64,000 nt of DNA from Terriglobia bacterium. Its GTDB lineage: Bacteria > Acidobacteriota > Terriglobia > Acidiferrales > UBA7541. The notes beneath the pieces were generated by a model that did no database searches, was not told the origin of the DNA, and was given only the letters and a program-made list of their open reading frames with translations. The DNA lies in the NCBI GenBank assembly GCA_963695545.1, contig OY968796.1, forward strand, positions 2,496,001 through 2,560,000. Reading direction: 5' to 3'. Shown piece by piece: positions 47,207-56,093 of this stretch. Made by a program: the position numbers and the translations under genes. How positions within the stretch are numbered: the stretch's first letter is position 1; every line of letters starts with the position of its first letter.

Positions 47207-48220
47207 GTGAGAATCGAATCGCGCGCTCCCACACGAGTCGATCTCGCCGGCGGCACGCTCGACATTTGGCCTCTCTATCTTTTTCACGAAGGCGCGCTCA
47301 CCGTAAATTGCGCCATCGCGCGCTACGCCTCCTGCGTGATCGAGACGCGCCCCGAAGGCCGCCGCGGCATCACGCTCGTCTCCACGGACACGCGCCGCAA
47401 AGAATCTTTCGCGTCGCTTGAAGCGCTCCGCCGCGCGCGCCCCTATCGACTGCCGCTTCTCGCGCACCTCGTGCGATTTTTCGGCCCCACTGTCGGCTTC
47501 ACGCTCACCACCAATTCCGAAGTGCCCGCCGGCGCCGGCCTCGGCGGATCAAGCGCCATGGCCGTGGCCATTTGCGCCGCGCTCGATCGCCTCGCCGGCG
47601 CCGGCCGCCGCCTCGAAGATTGGATCCATATCAGCCGCGACGCCGAAGCCATCGTCATCGGCGTGCCCACCGGCACTCAGGATCACTATCCCGCCGCGTT
47701 CGGCGGCGTCAGCTCCATCGTGCTCGCGCCCGGCGGCGAGCGCCGCGAAGCGCTCGGCTGCGACGTCGAAGCGCTCGAGCGCCGCCTGGTGCTCTGCTAC
47801 ACCGGCAAGCCGCGCCAGCACGGCATCAACAATTGGGAAGTATTCGCGCGCCACATCGATGGCGACAAACGCATCATCCGAAATCTCGAAAAAATCGCGG
47901 CTGTCGCCCGCGAAGTCCGCGCCGCGCTCGAACGCAACGATTGGGCGAATCTCGGCCGCCTCATCCGCGAAGAGTGGGATTTTCGCCGCCGCAATTTGCC
48001 CACCATCTCCACGCCCCTGATCGATCGCATTCTCGCCGCCGCGCGCCGCGAAGGCGCGCTCGCCGGAAAAGTTTGCGGCGCGGGCGGCGGCGGTTGCATG
48101 GTGCTGCTCATCGAGCCCGACGCGCGCACGCGCGTGGAAGCCGCCGTCGCAAAATCCGGCGCCCAACTCCTCCCGCTGCGCATCGACCGCCAAGGCGTGC
48201 AGTTGACGGCAACTTCATAG
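47207..48220 (+). CDS. GHMP family sugar kinase (HddA-like anomeric kinase)
   Basis: 'APTRVDLAGGTLD', 'PAGAGLGGSS', 'GTQD', 'GKVCGAGGGG'; AGGAGG before GTG 47207. Confidence 0.88.
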   Translation: MRIESRAPTRVDLAGGTLDIWPLYLFHEGALTVNCAIARYASCVIETRPEGRRGITLVSTDTRRKESFASLEALRRARPYRLPLLAHLVRFFGPTVGFTLTTNSEVPAGAGLGGSSAMAVAICAALDRLAGAGRRLEDWIHISRDAEAIVIGVPTGTQDHYPAAFGGVSSIVLAPGGERREALGCDVEALERRLVLCYTGKPRQHGINNWEVFARHIDGDKRIIRNLEKIAAVAREVRAALERNDWANLGRLIREEWDFRRRNLPTISTPLIDRILAAARREGALAGKVCGAGGGGCMVLLIEPDARTRVEAAVAKSGAQLLPLRIDRQGVQLTATS

Positions 48221-48372
48221 TCGCGACAGTCGCTGTTCCCAAATCGCGCCCGCAGGACAGCCCACCCCGCCTGTCCCTCCTCGAAACACGCGGCCTTGAC
48301 CATCGCGAATTTTCCTTTCTTTTTTCTGGACGCGCCATCAAATCGGCGTATTATTCCAGCAGCAGGTGTGGC

Positions 48373-49215
48373 ATGGCTCGCCTTACCTGGATTGCCGCTT
48401 CCGCGATTTTCCTCATCGGGGGCAGTGTGTCCCCGCTGGCGACGCTCCGCGCTGGCCCAGTTCCTGGGCCCGGCAGCGGCCCCGAAGATCAAACCCCTCC
48501 GAAATCCGACACGTTGCAGGAAGATTCGCGTCTCGCCCTCATCCGCTACGTCGACGGCGAATTCGTCAAGGTCGTCTCGCCGATTCCCGCGGGCAAGAGC
48601 GGTTTCCACATTAAGGCCGGCGAGCCGCTCAACGAGCGCGCTCTCGAAATGGTTCTCCAGGGTCACGACGCCGCCGCTAACCCCGGCGATAAAGTTCAAA
48701 TCACGCGCCTGCTATTCCGCGAACGCCAGATCGCCGTCATGATTAATGGCGGCGGCAACAAGGGCAACAGTTGGCGCGATCACGTGCAGCTAAGCGTCGG
48801 GGGAATGGACCCGTCTCAGACCGGCAATGTCGACACCAGCGCGCCCTCCGTGCAGAACGCGCCCGGCGCCACCCTCTATCTCGATTTCGATAAGCCGCTC
48901 CCGGACATGACTCCTGACGACCTCAAAAAATATCTCTCGGTCATGCTCGATTTCGGCGGCCAGCGCTCCGCCGCCGTCCAGTGGATCGATACGCTTCCGC
49001 CGGCCGTAAAGCAGGCCATCGCCGATAAGCGCGCCGAATATGGCATGACGCGCGACGAAGTCATCGCCGCCATGGGCAAGCCCGAGCACAAAGTCCGCGA
49101 AACCCAGCCCGACGGCACCGAAATCGAAGATTGGATCTACGGCACGCCCCCCGGCAAAACCGTCTTCGTCAGCTTCGATGGCGATCTGGTCATCAAGGTC
49201 GAGTCCTTCCCCTGA
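48373..49215 (+). CDS. Exported hypothetical protein with C-terminal SmpA/OmlA (BamE)-like domain
   Basis: Signal-like N-terminus; 'GMTRDEVIAAMGKPE...EDWIYG...VFVSFDG' pattern. Confidence 0.7.
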   Translation: MARLTWIAASAIFLIGGSVSPLATLRAGPVPGPGSGPEDQTPPKSDTLQEDSRLALIRYVDGEFVKVVSPIPAGKSGFHIKAGEPLNERALEMVLQGHDAAANPGDKVQITRLLFRERQIAVMINGGGNKGNSWRDHVQLSVGGMDPSQTGNVDTSAPSVQNAPGATLYLDFDKPLPDMTPDDLKKYLSVMLDFGGQRSAAVQWIDTLPPAVKQAIADKRAEYGMTRDEVIAAMGKPEHKVRETQPDGTEIEDWIYGTPPGKTVFVSFDGDLVIKVESFP

Positions 49216-49370
49216 TTGCTCCGCGTGCGTTTGCCGCCAGCACGTAGCGCTGTTTTTCTCGCCGCGAACGCAAAATGGAAATCCCGCCACAAGGTTTTCG
49301 GTAGTCTCCGCCCGTCCGCCCCGGTTTGTCGCGCCGCCACACTTCTTCCGGCGTATACTGCCACCCACGA

Positions 49371-49448
49371 ATGCCACTAACGAATGGCACGAAGCTCGGC
49401 CCCTACGAAATCGTTTCGCCACTCGGCGCGGGTGGCATGGGTGAAGTT
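49371..49448 (+). pseudogene. Orphan 5' fragment of a Ser/Thr kinase gene (26 codons)
   Basis: Encodes MPLTNGTKLGPYEIVSPLGAGGMGEV, near-identical to the start of the kinase at 49532; homology stops abruptly. Confidence 0.75.
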
Positions 49449-49451
49449 GAG

Positions 49452-49533
49452 CTGCATTGCGGGCGTGAGCGAAGCAGGGTTTGCGGAGCGGGAGCCCGCA
49501 GGCGAAATCCTGAGCGAAGCGAAGGATCTGCAT
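49452..49533. repeat. REP-like palindromic insert bounded by CTGCAT direct repeats
   Basis: CTGCAT at 49452 and 49528; TGAGCGAAGC twice; TGCGGGC/GCCCGCA and ATCCT-GAGCGAAGCGA-AGGAT inverted repeats. Confidence 0.55.
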
Positions 49534-52228
49534 GTTGACGCCGGGCACGAAGCTCGGACCTTACGAGGTCGTTGCTGCGCTCGGCGCTGGCGGCATGGGC
49601 GAAGTCTATCGCGCGCGCGATCCGCGCCTCTCGCGCGAAGTCGCCATCAAAGTCCTCCCCGCGCATCTTTCCGCCGAACCGCATCTCCGCGAGCGCTTCG
49701 AGCGCGAAGCCCGCGCCATCTCCGCCCTCAATCATCCCCACATCTGCACGCTCTACGACATCGGCCGCGAAGGCGACACTGATTTCCTCGTGATGGAACT
49801 CGTCGAAGGCGAAACGCTCGCCGCGCGCATCGAAAAAGGCCCGCTTCCTTCCGACCAAGTCCTGCGCCTCGGCTCGGAAATCGCCGACGCCCTCGATAAA
49901 GCGCACCGCCTCGGCATCACGCATCGCGATCTCAAGCCCGGCAACATCATGCTCACGAAATCAGGAATCAAACTCCTCGATTTCGGCCTCGCAAAATTCT
50001 CCGCGCCCGCCGCCGCGGGCGCCGTCCCCGACGCCGCGACCATGCTCACCACCAGACTTCCCGCAGTCCCATCCAAACCGCTCACGCAAGAAGGCAGCAT
50101 CGTCGGCACCTACCAATACATGTCGCCCGAACAACTCGAAGGCGCCGAAGCCGACGCCCGCTCCGACATTTTTTCTTTCGGCGCCGTGCTCTACGAAATG
50201 GCCACCGGCAAACGAGCCTTCGACGGAAAAACCACCGCCAGCGTAATCGCCGCCGTGCTCGCCGCCGAACCCAAGCCCATCTCCGCGCTCCAGCCCATGA
50301 CGCCGCCCGCGCTCGAGCGCCTGGTGAAAATCTGCCTCGCGAAAGATCCCGACGAGCGCTTCCAAAGCGCCCACGATCTCAGCCTGCAACTCAAATGGAT
50401 TTCCGAAGCCGGCTCGCAAGCCGGTGTCGCCGCGCCCGTCGCCGCGCACCGCCGCAGCCGCGAAAAAATCGCCTGGGCGCTCGCCGCCGCGGGTCTGCTC
50501 CTCGCCGCCGTTCTGGCGCTCGTCTTCGCTCGCTCCTACCTGAACCAGCCCCAGCCGCGCGTCACGCGCTTTCTCATCTCCCCGCCTTCCGAGGTCGCGA
50601 GTTGGTTGACCACGACACTTTCGCCGGATGGTCGTCTCCTGGCGCTTGTGGGTGTCTCCAAGGATGGAACGCGAAGAATTTGGCTGCGGCCGCTCGATAG
50701 TGTCGCCGCACAACCCTTGCCCGGAACGGAAGGCGCGCTTTCCCCTTTTTGGTCGCCCGACGGCCTCTATCTCGGCTACTTCGACCTTGACGACGGCACT
50801 CTGAAAAAAGTGGCCGTCTCCGGCGGATCTCCCCAGACACTTTGTAATATCGCGCGAGCCAGTTTGGCAAGCTGGAGTGCCGACGGCGTGATTCTCTTCA
50901 CTCCCGCTTTCCTCAGCCCGATTTGGAAAGTCTCCGCCGCCGGCGGCGCGCCCAGCCAGGTGACCACTCTGGACCATTCACTCGGGGAAGTCTCACACGG
51001 CTACCCTTGGTTCCTGCCGGATGGCCGGCATTTCCTTTACATTTCATTTCGCTCCGCCACGGTCACCGAGTTGTGGCTTTGCGTCGGTTCGCTCGATTCA
51101 AAGGAAACGAATTGTCTGGAGCGCGTCGAGTCACCCGCCGCATACGCTACGCCGGGAGATCTCCTCTACTTGCGTGGAGGAACCCTGATGGCTCAGCCGT
51201 TCGACGCCCACGGACAGAAAATCACGGGCGACGCCGTACCCCTTGCCGACAGCGTGGAGCCTTACGTGCTCGGCAGCCCCGCGACCACTGTGCTGGCCTT
51301 TTCGGCTTCCGAAAACGGCATCCTGTCTTACATTGTCGGGGGACCGCCCGATCAGTTCGAGCTCCATTGGTTTGATCGAAGCGGGAAAAACCTCGGGACG
51401 CTTGGGCAGCCCGCCAGCTACTCCGGTCCGGCGCTCTCGCCTGACGGAACACGAGTCGCCGTGGCTATCATGGACCTGCAAGCCAAGGCCCGCGATCTTT
51501 GGGTCTTCGATTTGAAACGCGGCACAAACTCGCGCCTCACCTTCGATCCTGCCGATGAATTGGCCCCTATCTGGTCCCGTGACGCCAGCCAAATCCTGTT
51601 CTCGTCGGAGCTAAAGGGAGCTCGCGACATTTACGAAAAGGCGGCCAGCGGCCTCGGCGATTCCCAGCTCGTTTTCCAATCGAACGATCAGCGGAAAAGC
51701 GTGAATGACTGGTCGCCCGACGGTCGCTACGTCGTCTACGATCTTTCTACTCCGCCGACCAGCCTCTGGGTTTTGCCCCTTTTCGGCGATCGCAAACCTT
51801 TTCCCTTTATTCAGGGCGCTTACGACGCCAGAGAGGCGCGCTTCTCGCCCAACGGCCGCTTCATCGCCTACACCTCGAGCGAAACGGGAAACTATGAGGT
51901 ATACGTCCAGACGTTTCCGGACCGCAGCGGCAAATGGCAGGTCTCTACCGCCGGCGGCACCTACCCCGTCTGGCGGCGCGACGGCAAGGAACTTTATTTC
52001 GTTTCTAGCGGAGAGCTCATGGCCGTTGACGTCACGACCGACGGGCCACAGTTTGAAGCCGGCATCCCCAAACCTCTCTTCTCCGCCGACTTTCGTCCCG
52101 GCAATTGGAGTTCGGTTTACGCGCCCACCGCCGACGGCCAGCGCTTCCTCGCCCTCACCACCGTCGAGCAGCAATCCATTTCTCCCATCGCCGTCGTCAC
52201 CAATTGGCCCGCGTCTCTGAAGCCCTGA
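49532..52228 (+). CDS. Hanks-type Ser/Thr protein kinase with TM segment and C-terminal PD40/TolB-like beta-propeller
   Basis: 'LGAGGMGEVY', 'VAIK', 'HRDLKPGN', 'DFGLAK', 'GTYQYMSPE'; TM helix; repeated 'SPDG/WSPDG' blades. Confidence 0.95.
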   Translation: MLTPGTKLGPYEVVAALGAGGMGEVYRARDPRLSREVAIKVLPAHLSAEPHLRERFEREARAISALNHPHICTLYDIGREGDTDFLVMELVEGETLAARIEKGPLPSDQVLRLGSEIADALDKAHRLGITHRDLKPGNIMLTKSGIKLLDFGLAKFSAPAAAGAVPDAATMLTTRLPAVPSKPLTQEGSIVGTYQYMSPEQLEGAEADARSDIFSFGAVLYEMATGKRAFDGKTTASVIAAVLAAEPKPISALQPMTPPALERLVKICLAKDPDERFQSAHDLSLQLKWISEAGSQAGVAAPVAAHRRSREKIAWALAAAGLLLAAVLALVFARSYLNQPQPRVTRFLISPPSEVASWLTTTLSPDGRLLALVGVSKDGTRRIWLRPLDSVAAQPLPGTEGALSPFWSPDGLYLGYFDLDDGTLKKVAVSGGSPQTLCNIARASLASWSADGVILFTPAFLSPIWKVSAAGGAPSQVTTLDHSLGEVSHGYPWFLPDGRHFLYISFRSATVTELWLCVGSLDSKETNCLERVESPAAYATPGDLLYLRGGTLMAQPFDAHGQKITGDAVPLADSVEPYVLGSPATTVLAFSASENGILSYIVGGPPDQFELHWFDRSGKNLGTLGQPASYSGPALSPDGTRVAVAIMDLQAKARDLWVFDLKRGTNSRLTFDPADELAPIWSRDASQILFSSELKGARDIYEKAASGLGDSQLVFQSNDQRKSVNDWSPDGRYVVYDLSTPPTSLWVLPLFGDRKPFPFIQGAYDAREARFSPNGRFIAYTSSETGNYEVYVQTFPDRSGKWQVSTAGGTYPVWRRDGKELYFVSSGELMAVDVTTDGPQFEAGIPKPLFSADFRPGNWSSVYAPTADGQRFLALTTVEQQSISPIAVVTNWPASLKP

Positions 52229-52332
52229 CCATTCGATCCCACGCGGTCCCTCCTCAGCGCGACGCGAAGAGGCGCCAAAATTGTGGCGAGCGCGGAATCC
52301 CCAGTAAGACCGCAAGCCGGCTTTTGCCTTTT

Positions 52333-52355
52333 GTAGCGGAGGCCTTCAGGCCTCC
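52333..52355 (+). repeat. GTAG-type REP palindrome
   Basis: GTAG-C-GGAGGCCT-TC-AGGCCTCC. Confidence 0.6.
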
Positions 52356-52539
52356 ATCTTGCATTTCCATGGTTGCGATGTAGCGTTAATTCATGCAACG
52401 GAAGCCGCCTAGGCCCCCATCTCGCTGTCGTGTTCTTGCGCCACCTCCGCCGTACCCCTCAAACTCTCCGCCGTCTGACCCAAACGCCCTCGACCCCCCC
52501 CGCCACTCCGCGCCAAAATCGCGCCCCATTCCAAAACCG

Positions 52540-52640
52540 GCCCCGTAGGGGCGGCACATTTTAGCCCAGGGCGGAAGCCCTGGGTACGAATGCCCCCAAT
52601 ATTTCTCTTCAATTGTTTTCTGTAAGCCCCGTAGGGGCGA
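52540..52640. repeat. Composite REP-like element (two GCCCCGTAGGGGC palindromes around a GCCCAGGGC-GGAA-GCCCTGGGT hairpin)
   Basis: GCCCCGTAGGGGC at 52540-52552 and 52626-52638; hairpin at 52564-52585. Confidence 0.65.
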
Positions 52641-52723
52641 CACAATCTGTTCGAATGCCACCCGCGAGCGTCCTCCAACTCTTTTCGAAAACCTCATTCG
52701 AACACTATACTCATAAAATAACA

Positions 52724-52754
52724 TTGACATGTATTGACTCGTATGCTATAAGAT
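52724..52754 (+). promoter_or_regulatory. Strong sigma70-like promoter
   Basis: TTGACA-N17-TATAAG with extended -10 TG (or TAAGAT at N19), AT-rich upstream; ATG at 52758. Confidence 0.6.
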
Positions 52755-52874
52755 GGTATGAAAACGCAACAATTCCTCGAATCGCCCCTCTCTCTTCACG
52801 TCCCCGCACCATCTCGCGTCCCCACCCTCGCCAAACCCGCCACTCTTTTGCATCAAACCCCCTCTGCAACCCAC

Positions 52875-52996
52875 TTGTTTTCAGTCTCTTGCAAAAGAGT
52901 GCGCAACTCACTCAAAACAATAAACATTAGATCCCTTTGTTTTCAGACTCATCCGCACTCTTTCCCTGCATCACATTTATTTTCATGCACTTACGC
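52875..52996. repeat. Four-copy TTRTTTTSAnnnnSWTnC motif array (IHF-site-like)
   Basis: 52875 TTGTTTTCAGTCTCTTGC (+); 52895-52920 minus strand TTGTTTTGAGTGAGTTGCGCACTCTT; 52937 TTGTTTTCAGACTCATCCGCACTCTT (+); 52977 TTATTTTCATGCACTTACGC (+). Confidence 0.65.
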
Positions 52997-53084
52997 AAAA
53001 CATACCCGGGGTGTATATACCGCCCCGAATCACCTCATGAAAATCCTCCGCCAACCCGTATCCGCGCCTCGGCCGTATGCACTT

Positions 53085-53109
53085 GTAGGGGCTCGGCTTG
53101 CCCCCACCC
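53085..53109 (+). repeat. GTAG-type REP-like palindrome
   Basis: GTAGGGGC-TCGGCTT-GCCCC. Confidence 0.45.
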
Positions 53110-53168
53110 GCCCTTATTTAGTCGCTAGATTCACAACACGGACGAACACGCAACTCAGAGAAGGAGAC

Positions 53169-53945
53169 CTAAGAAAAAATGTGCAGCAGTCGGCGCAGCG
53201 TCGCCGAATCCAGGCGCGTCAACCCAACCGCCACCGCCATCACCAGCACCCCGACCAAAGTGAGAATCATCACCGACGGGCTAGGCGATCGCCGGTGCGC
53301 CTCAGGCAGCAAATCCGAAGTCGCCGTGTAGAGGAAGAATCCCGATGCCAGCGCCAGAAAAACCGCCAGCCATTTCGGCGATGGCAAAAACACCAGCGCC
53401 AAAATCGCGCCGCCGACCGGCGCGATCGCATCCAAACCGAGAAAAACGTAATCGACGATGCGCGCGTCTTCGCCGTGCGTCACCAGCATCATGGTGTTGA
53501 GCCCGTCGCTCATATCGTGCGCGATGATCGCCAGCGCCACCACCGCGCCCACCCGCCAGCTCACCAGCGTGGCCGCGCCGATCGCCGCGCCGTCCAGCGT
53601 GCTGTGCGCGATCAGTCCCACCGCGCTCATGCGCCCCATGTGACGATGCGCTTCGTTCGCGCAATCGCCTTCCGGGCACGCGTGCAAAATCAAAATGCGC
53701 TCCAAAACATAAAACCCCATAAAGCCGATCACCAGCACCACGAACATCTCTCGCGCGCTCCAGCCCTGCGATTGCGCCGCGTCCACCGATTCCGGCAGCA
53801 GATCGAAAAACGTCGCGCCCAGCAGCATCCCCGCGCCCACGCCCAGCAGCAAATGCGCGCGTTTCTGCCCGTACACCGCAACCAAGCCGCCGAGCAGGGT
53901 GGACACCATCGCGCACGCGCTCAAAAGCAGCGCGGCAGATTCCAC
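53169..53945 (-). CDS. ZIP family divalent metal transporter
   Basis: 'GAGMLL...FFDLLPES', His-containing loop, 'HSTLDG', 'IIAHDMSDG', 'GFFLY...SDLLPEAH'; start uncertain. Confidence 0.88.
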   Translation of the reverse strand: MESAALLLSACAMVSTLLGGLVAVYGQKRAHLLLGVGAGMLLGATFFDLLPESVDAAQSQGWSAREMFVVLVIGFMGFYVLERILILHACPEGDCANEAHRHMGRMSAVGLIAHSTLDGAAIGAATLVSWRVGAVVALAIIAHDMSDGLNTMMLVTHGEDARIVDYVFLGLDAIAPVGGAILALVFLPSPKWLAVFLALASGFFLYTATSDLLPEAHRRSPSPSVMILTLVGVLVMAVAVGLTRLDSATLRRLLHIFS

Positions 53946-54085
53946 CCGCGTTGTGCGCGCGCCTACGACTTCGCCGAGTACGCTCCATGCCATCATGCGG
54001 GGGAGAGGATACCACCCTTGCAATTTAAGAAGTGCGACCGCAGCGCCGAATTTTGCGCCTGCGGAGACTATGTTAGGGTTAAGCC

Positions 54086-54940
54086 ATGACGCTACTTCAC
54101 GTAATCATTCTCGCCGTGATTCAAGGCTTGACGGAATTGCTGCCCGTCTCGAGCTCGGCGCACGTCGTTGTCGCCGAAAAATTGATGGGCATGGACGCGT
54201 CCTCGCCCGAGATGACGCTGCTTCTGATCATGCTGCACACCGGCACCATGTTTGCCGTGATCGTTTATTTCTGGAAGCAGTGGCGCGAAGCCTATTTCGC
54301 CAGCGTCGAAGCCTTCGTGCAGTCCGCCTGGCTCGTCATCCTGGCCACCGCGATTACCGGCGTGATCGGCGAGGGCCTGGTAAAGATCATCGAACACTTC
54401 ACGCATGCCGATGTCGAGCAACTCTTCGATCATCTTGAATTGATCGCGCCGGCGCTCGCCGTCGTCGGAATACTGATCTTGCTTGCCGGCAGCGTCGAAA
54501 AGCGTTTGCCCTCCGCAAATTCAAAGGACGCAGTCGGTTTGAATTCTGGCCAGGCCGCGCTGATCGGCGCGGTGCAGGGATTGTCGCTGCCGTTCCGCGG
54601 TCTTTCGCGTTCCGGCGCCACGATTTCAACCGGCATGCTCGCCGGCGTCGCGAAAAAGCGCGCGGAAACATTCAGTTTCGCTCTCGCCGTGCTTGTGACG
54701 CCGCCCGTAATCGCGCGCGAAGCCTGGCGATACATCAGGGCCGAGCACCCCGGCGTGAGTCTGAGTTTCGGAGCGGCGACGGTGCCGATCCTCACCGGAA
54801 CGCTCTGCGCATTTCTCGCTGGTCTCGTCGCGCTCAAATGGTTAAGCGGATGGCTCGAGGGTGGCCGCTGGTATTTATTCGGAATTTATTGCTTGGTCGC
54901 AGCCGCCGCCGTCATGGCCTTGCACCACGCGGGCTATTAG
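54086..54940 (+). CDS. uppP: Undecaprenyl-diphosphate phosphatase
   Basis: 'QGLTELLPVSSSAH', 'HTGT', 'G.SRSGATI' BacA motifs. Confidence 0.9.
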   Translation: MTLLHVIILAVIQGLTELLPVSSSAHVVVAEKLMGMDASSPEMTLLLIMLHTGTMFAVIVYFWKQWREAYFASVEAFVQSAWLVILATAITGVIGEGLVKIIEHFTHADVEQLFDHLELIAPALAVVGILILLAGSVEKRLPSANSKDAVGLNSGQAALIGAVQGLSLPFRGLSRSGATISTGMLAGVAKKRAETFSFALAVLVTPPVIAREAWRYIRAEHPGVSLSFGAATVPILTGTLCAFLAGLVALKWLSGWLEGGRWYLFGIYCLVAAAAVMALHHAGY

Positions 54941-55908
54941 AAGCCGTAGAGCTTCGCGGGATTGTCGACGAGGATCGTTTTGCGCAGCGCGGCGTCCGGC
55001 GCCCACGTCGCGAACAAATTGAAAAGCCGCCCGTCATCGATCGCGAACAACGGCGCAAGATCGGTGGCCGCGCGGCCCGCCTTGGGAGATGAATCCGGAT
55101 GCGGCCAATCGGTGCCCCACAAAATGCGCTCCGCATTCGCGGCGATCAGCGCCTTCGCCAGCGGCGTGACATCCGTATAATCCGGCGCCTGCGTCGAGCT
55201 GCGATACGCGCCAGAAATTTTCACGTAGGCGTTACCGGCGCGTACCAAACTCAACAGCGTGTCGAATCCCGGCTGCGCCGTCCCCAGCGCGGCCTGCGCC
55301 CCGCCGAAATGATCGAACACCACCGGCACCGGCGACGCCATCACTTGATCCTTCAGCGATTCAATCGCCGAAAGCCGCGTGTAAATTTGCACGTGCAAGT
55401 TGTGCGCCTTGGCGCGCGCAACCATTGCCAAAAAATGTTGGCGCGCCGCCTCGGGATCGGGCGACCCGCCGGCCTCGAAGTTGATTCGCAGTCCGCGAAT
55501 GCCGCCGCGCCACATGGCGTCGAGGTCCCCGTCCGGAATTTGCTCGTCAATCACGGCCACGCCGCGCGCGCTCGCTCCGATTTGTTTCACGGCGTCGAGC
55601 GTCACCGAATTGTCCGTGCCGTAGACGCTGGGCTGCACGATCACCACGCGATCCAAATGCAGCGCCCGATGCATCGCAAGCAGTTCGGCCACCGACGCGG
55701 GCTCCGGCGTGTAGGTGCGCGAAGCCGCAAAAGGGAAGCGCGCCGGCTCGAAAATATGCACGTGGCAATCGCACGCTTCAGCGGGCACGTCGAAATTCAC
55801 CGGCGTGGTTGGCTGCGATGCTGTGGCCAGCGCGAACTCCACAGGTCGAACAAGTGCGGCCGCGCCGGCGATTGCCGCGCCTTTCAGAATGTCGCGTCGG
55901 GAAATCAT
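54937..55908 (-). CDS. Amidohydrolase family protein (LigI/sugar-lactone isomerase-like), Tat signal
   Basis: 'SRRDIL' Tat motif; 'DCHVHIF', 'VQPSVYGTDN', 'RGLRIN', 'FDHFG', 'YVKISG.YR', 'WGTDWPH'. Confidence 0.87.
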   Translation of the reverse strand: MISRRDILKGAAIAGAAALVRPVEFALATASQPTTPVNFDVPAEACDCHVHIFEPARFPFAASRTYTPEPASVAELLAMHRALHLDRVVIVQPSVYGTDNSVTLDAVKQIGASARGVAVIDEQIPDGDLDAMWRGGIRGLRINFEAGGSPDPEAARQHFLAMVARAKAHNLHVQIYTRLSAIESLKDQVMASPVPVVFDHFGGAQAALGTAQPGFDTLLSLVRAGNAYVKISGAYRSSTQAPDYTDVTPLAKALIAANAERILWGTDWPHPDSSPKAGRAATDLAPLFAIDDGRLFNLFATWAPDAALRKTILVDNPAKLYGF

Positions 55909-55961
55909 GCGATACCTCGTAGCGGAATTTTACGGCACGCGGAATCCGCCGCGGTCAGCGG

Positions 55962-56093
55962 TCAAGATGTCGGCGGTTTGTACTCGGGAGGTTTTTGCGC
56001 GATGCGCGAAGTGGTTGGATTCGCGGCGATAACTTTCGGTTTCTCTTTCTTCGGCTTCTTTTTTTCGCGGTTCCGTGCGTCTTTGTTTCCCAT
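55962..56093 (-). CDS. Small Lys-rich protein (43 aa), below the ORF-track cutoff
   Basis: MGNKDARNREKKKPKKEKPKVIAANPTTSRIAQKPPEYKPPTS*; fills the gap between two co-oriented genes. Confidence 0.55.
   Translation of the reverse strand: MGNKDARNREKKKPKKEKPKVIAANPTTSRIAQKPPEYKPPTS

Noticed and set aside
47572..48372. Arg-rich N-terminal half of the 547-aa ORF
   Set aside because: Off-frame overlap with the GHMP kinase; the credible gene starts at 48373
49449..49531. Group II intron domain V remnant in the kinase insert
   Set aside because: Only superficial similarity (GAGC start); no proper D5 helix, no GUGCG 5' end and no RT gene
52540..53000. CRISPR array or DGR template repeat
   Set aside because: The repeats are few, degenerate, in mixed orientation and irregularly spaced; no cas or reverse transcriptase genes in the window
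52758..54089. 443-aa + strand ORF as a real protein
   Set aside because: Its first part translates repeats and low-complexity DNA, and the rest is antisense to the ZIP gene; a short leaderless peptide cannot be excluded
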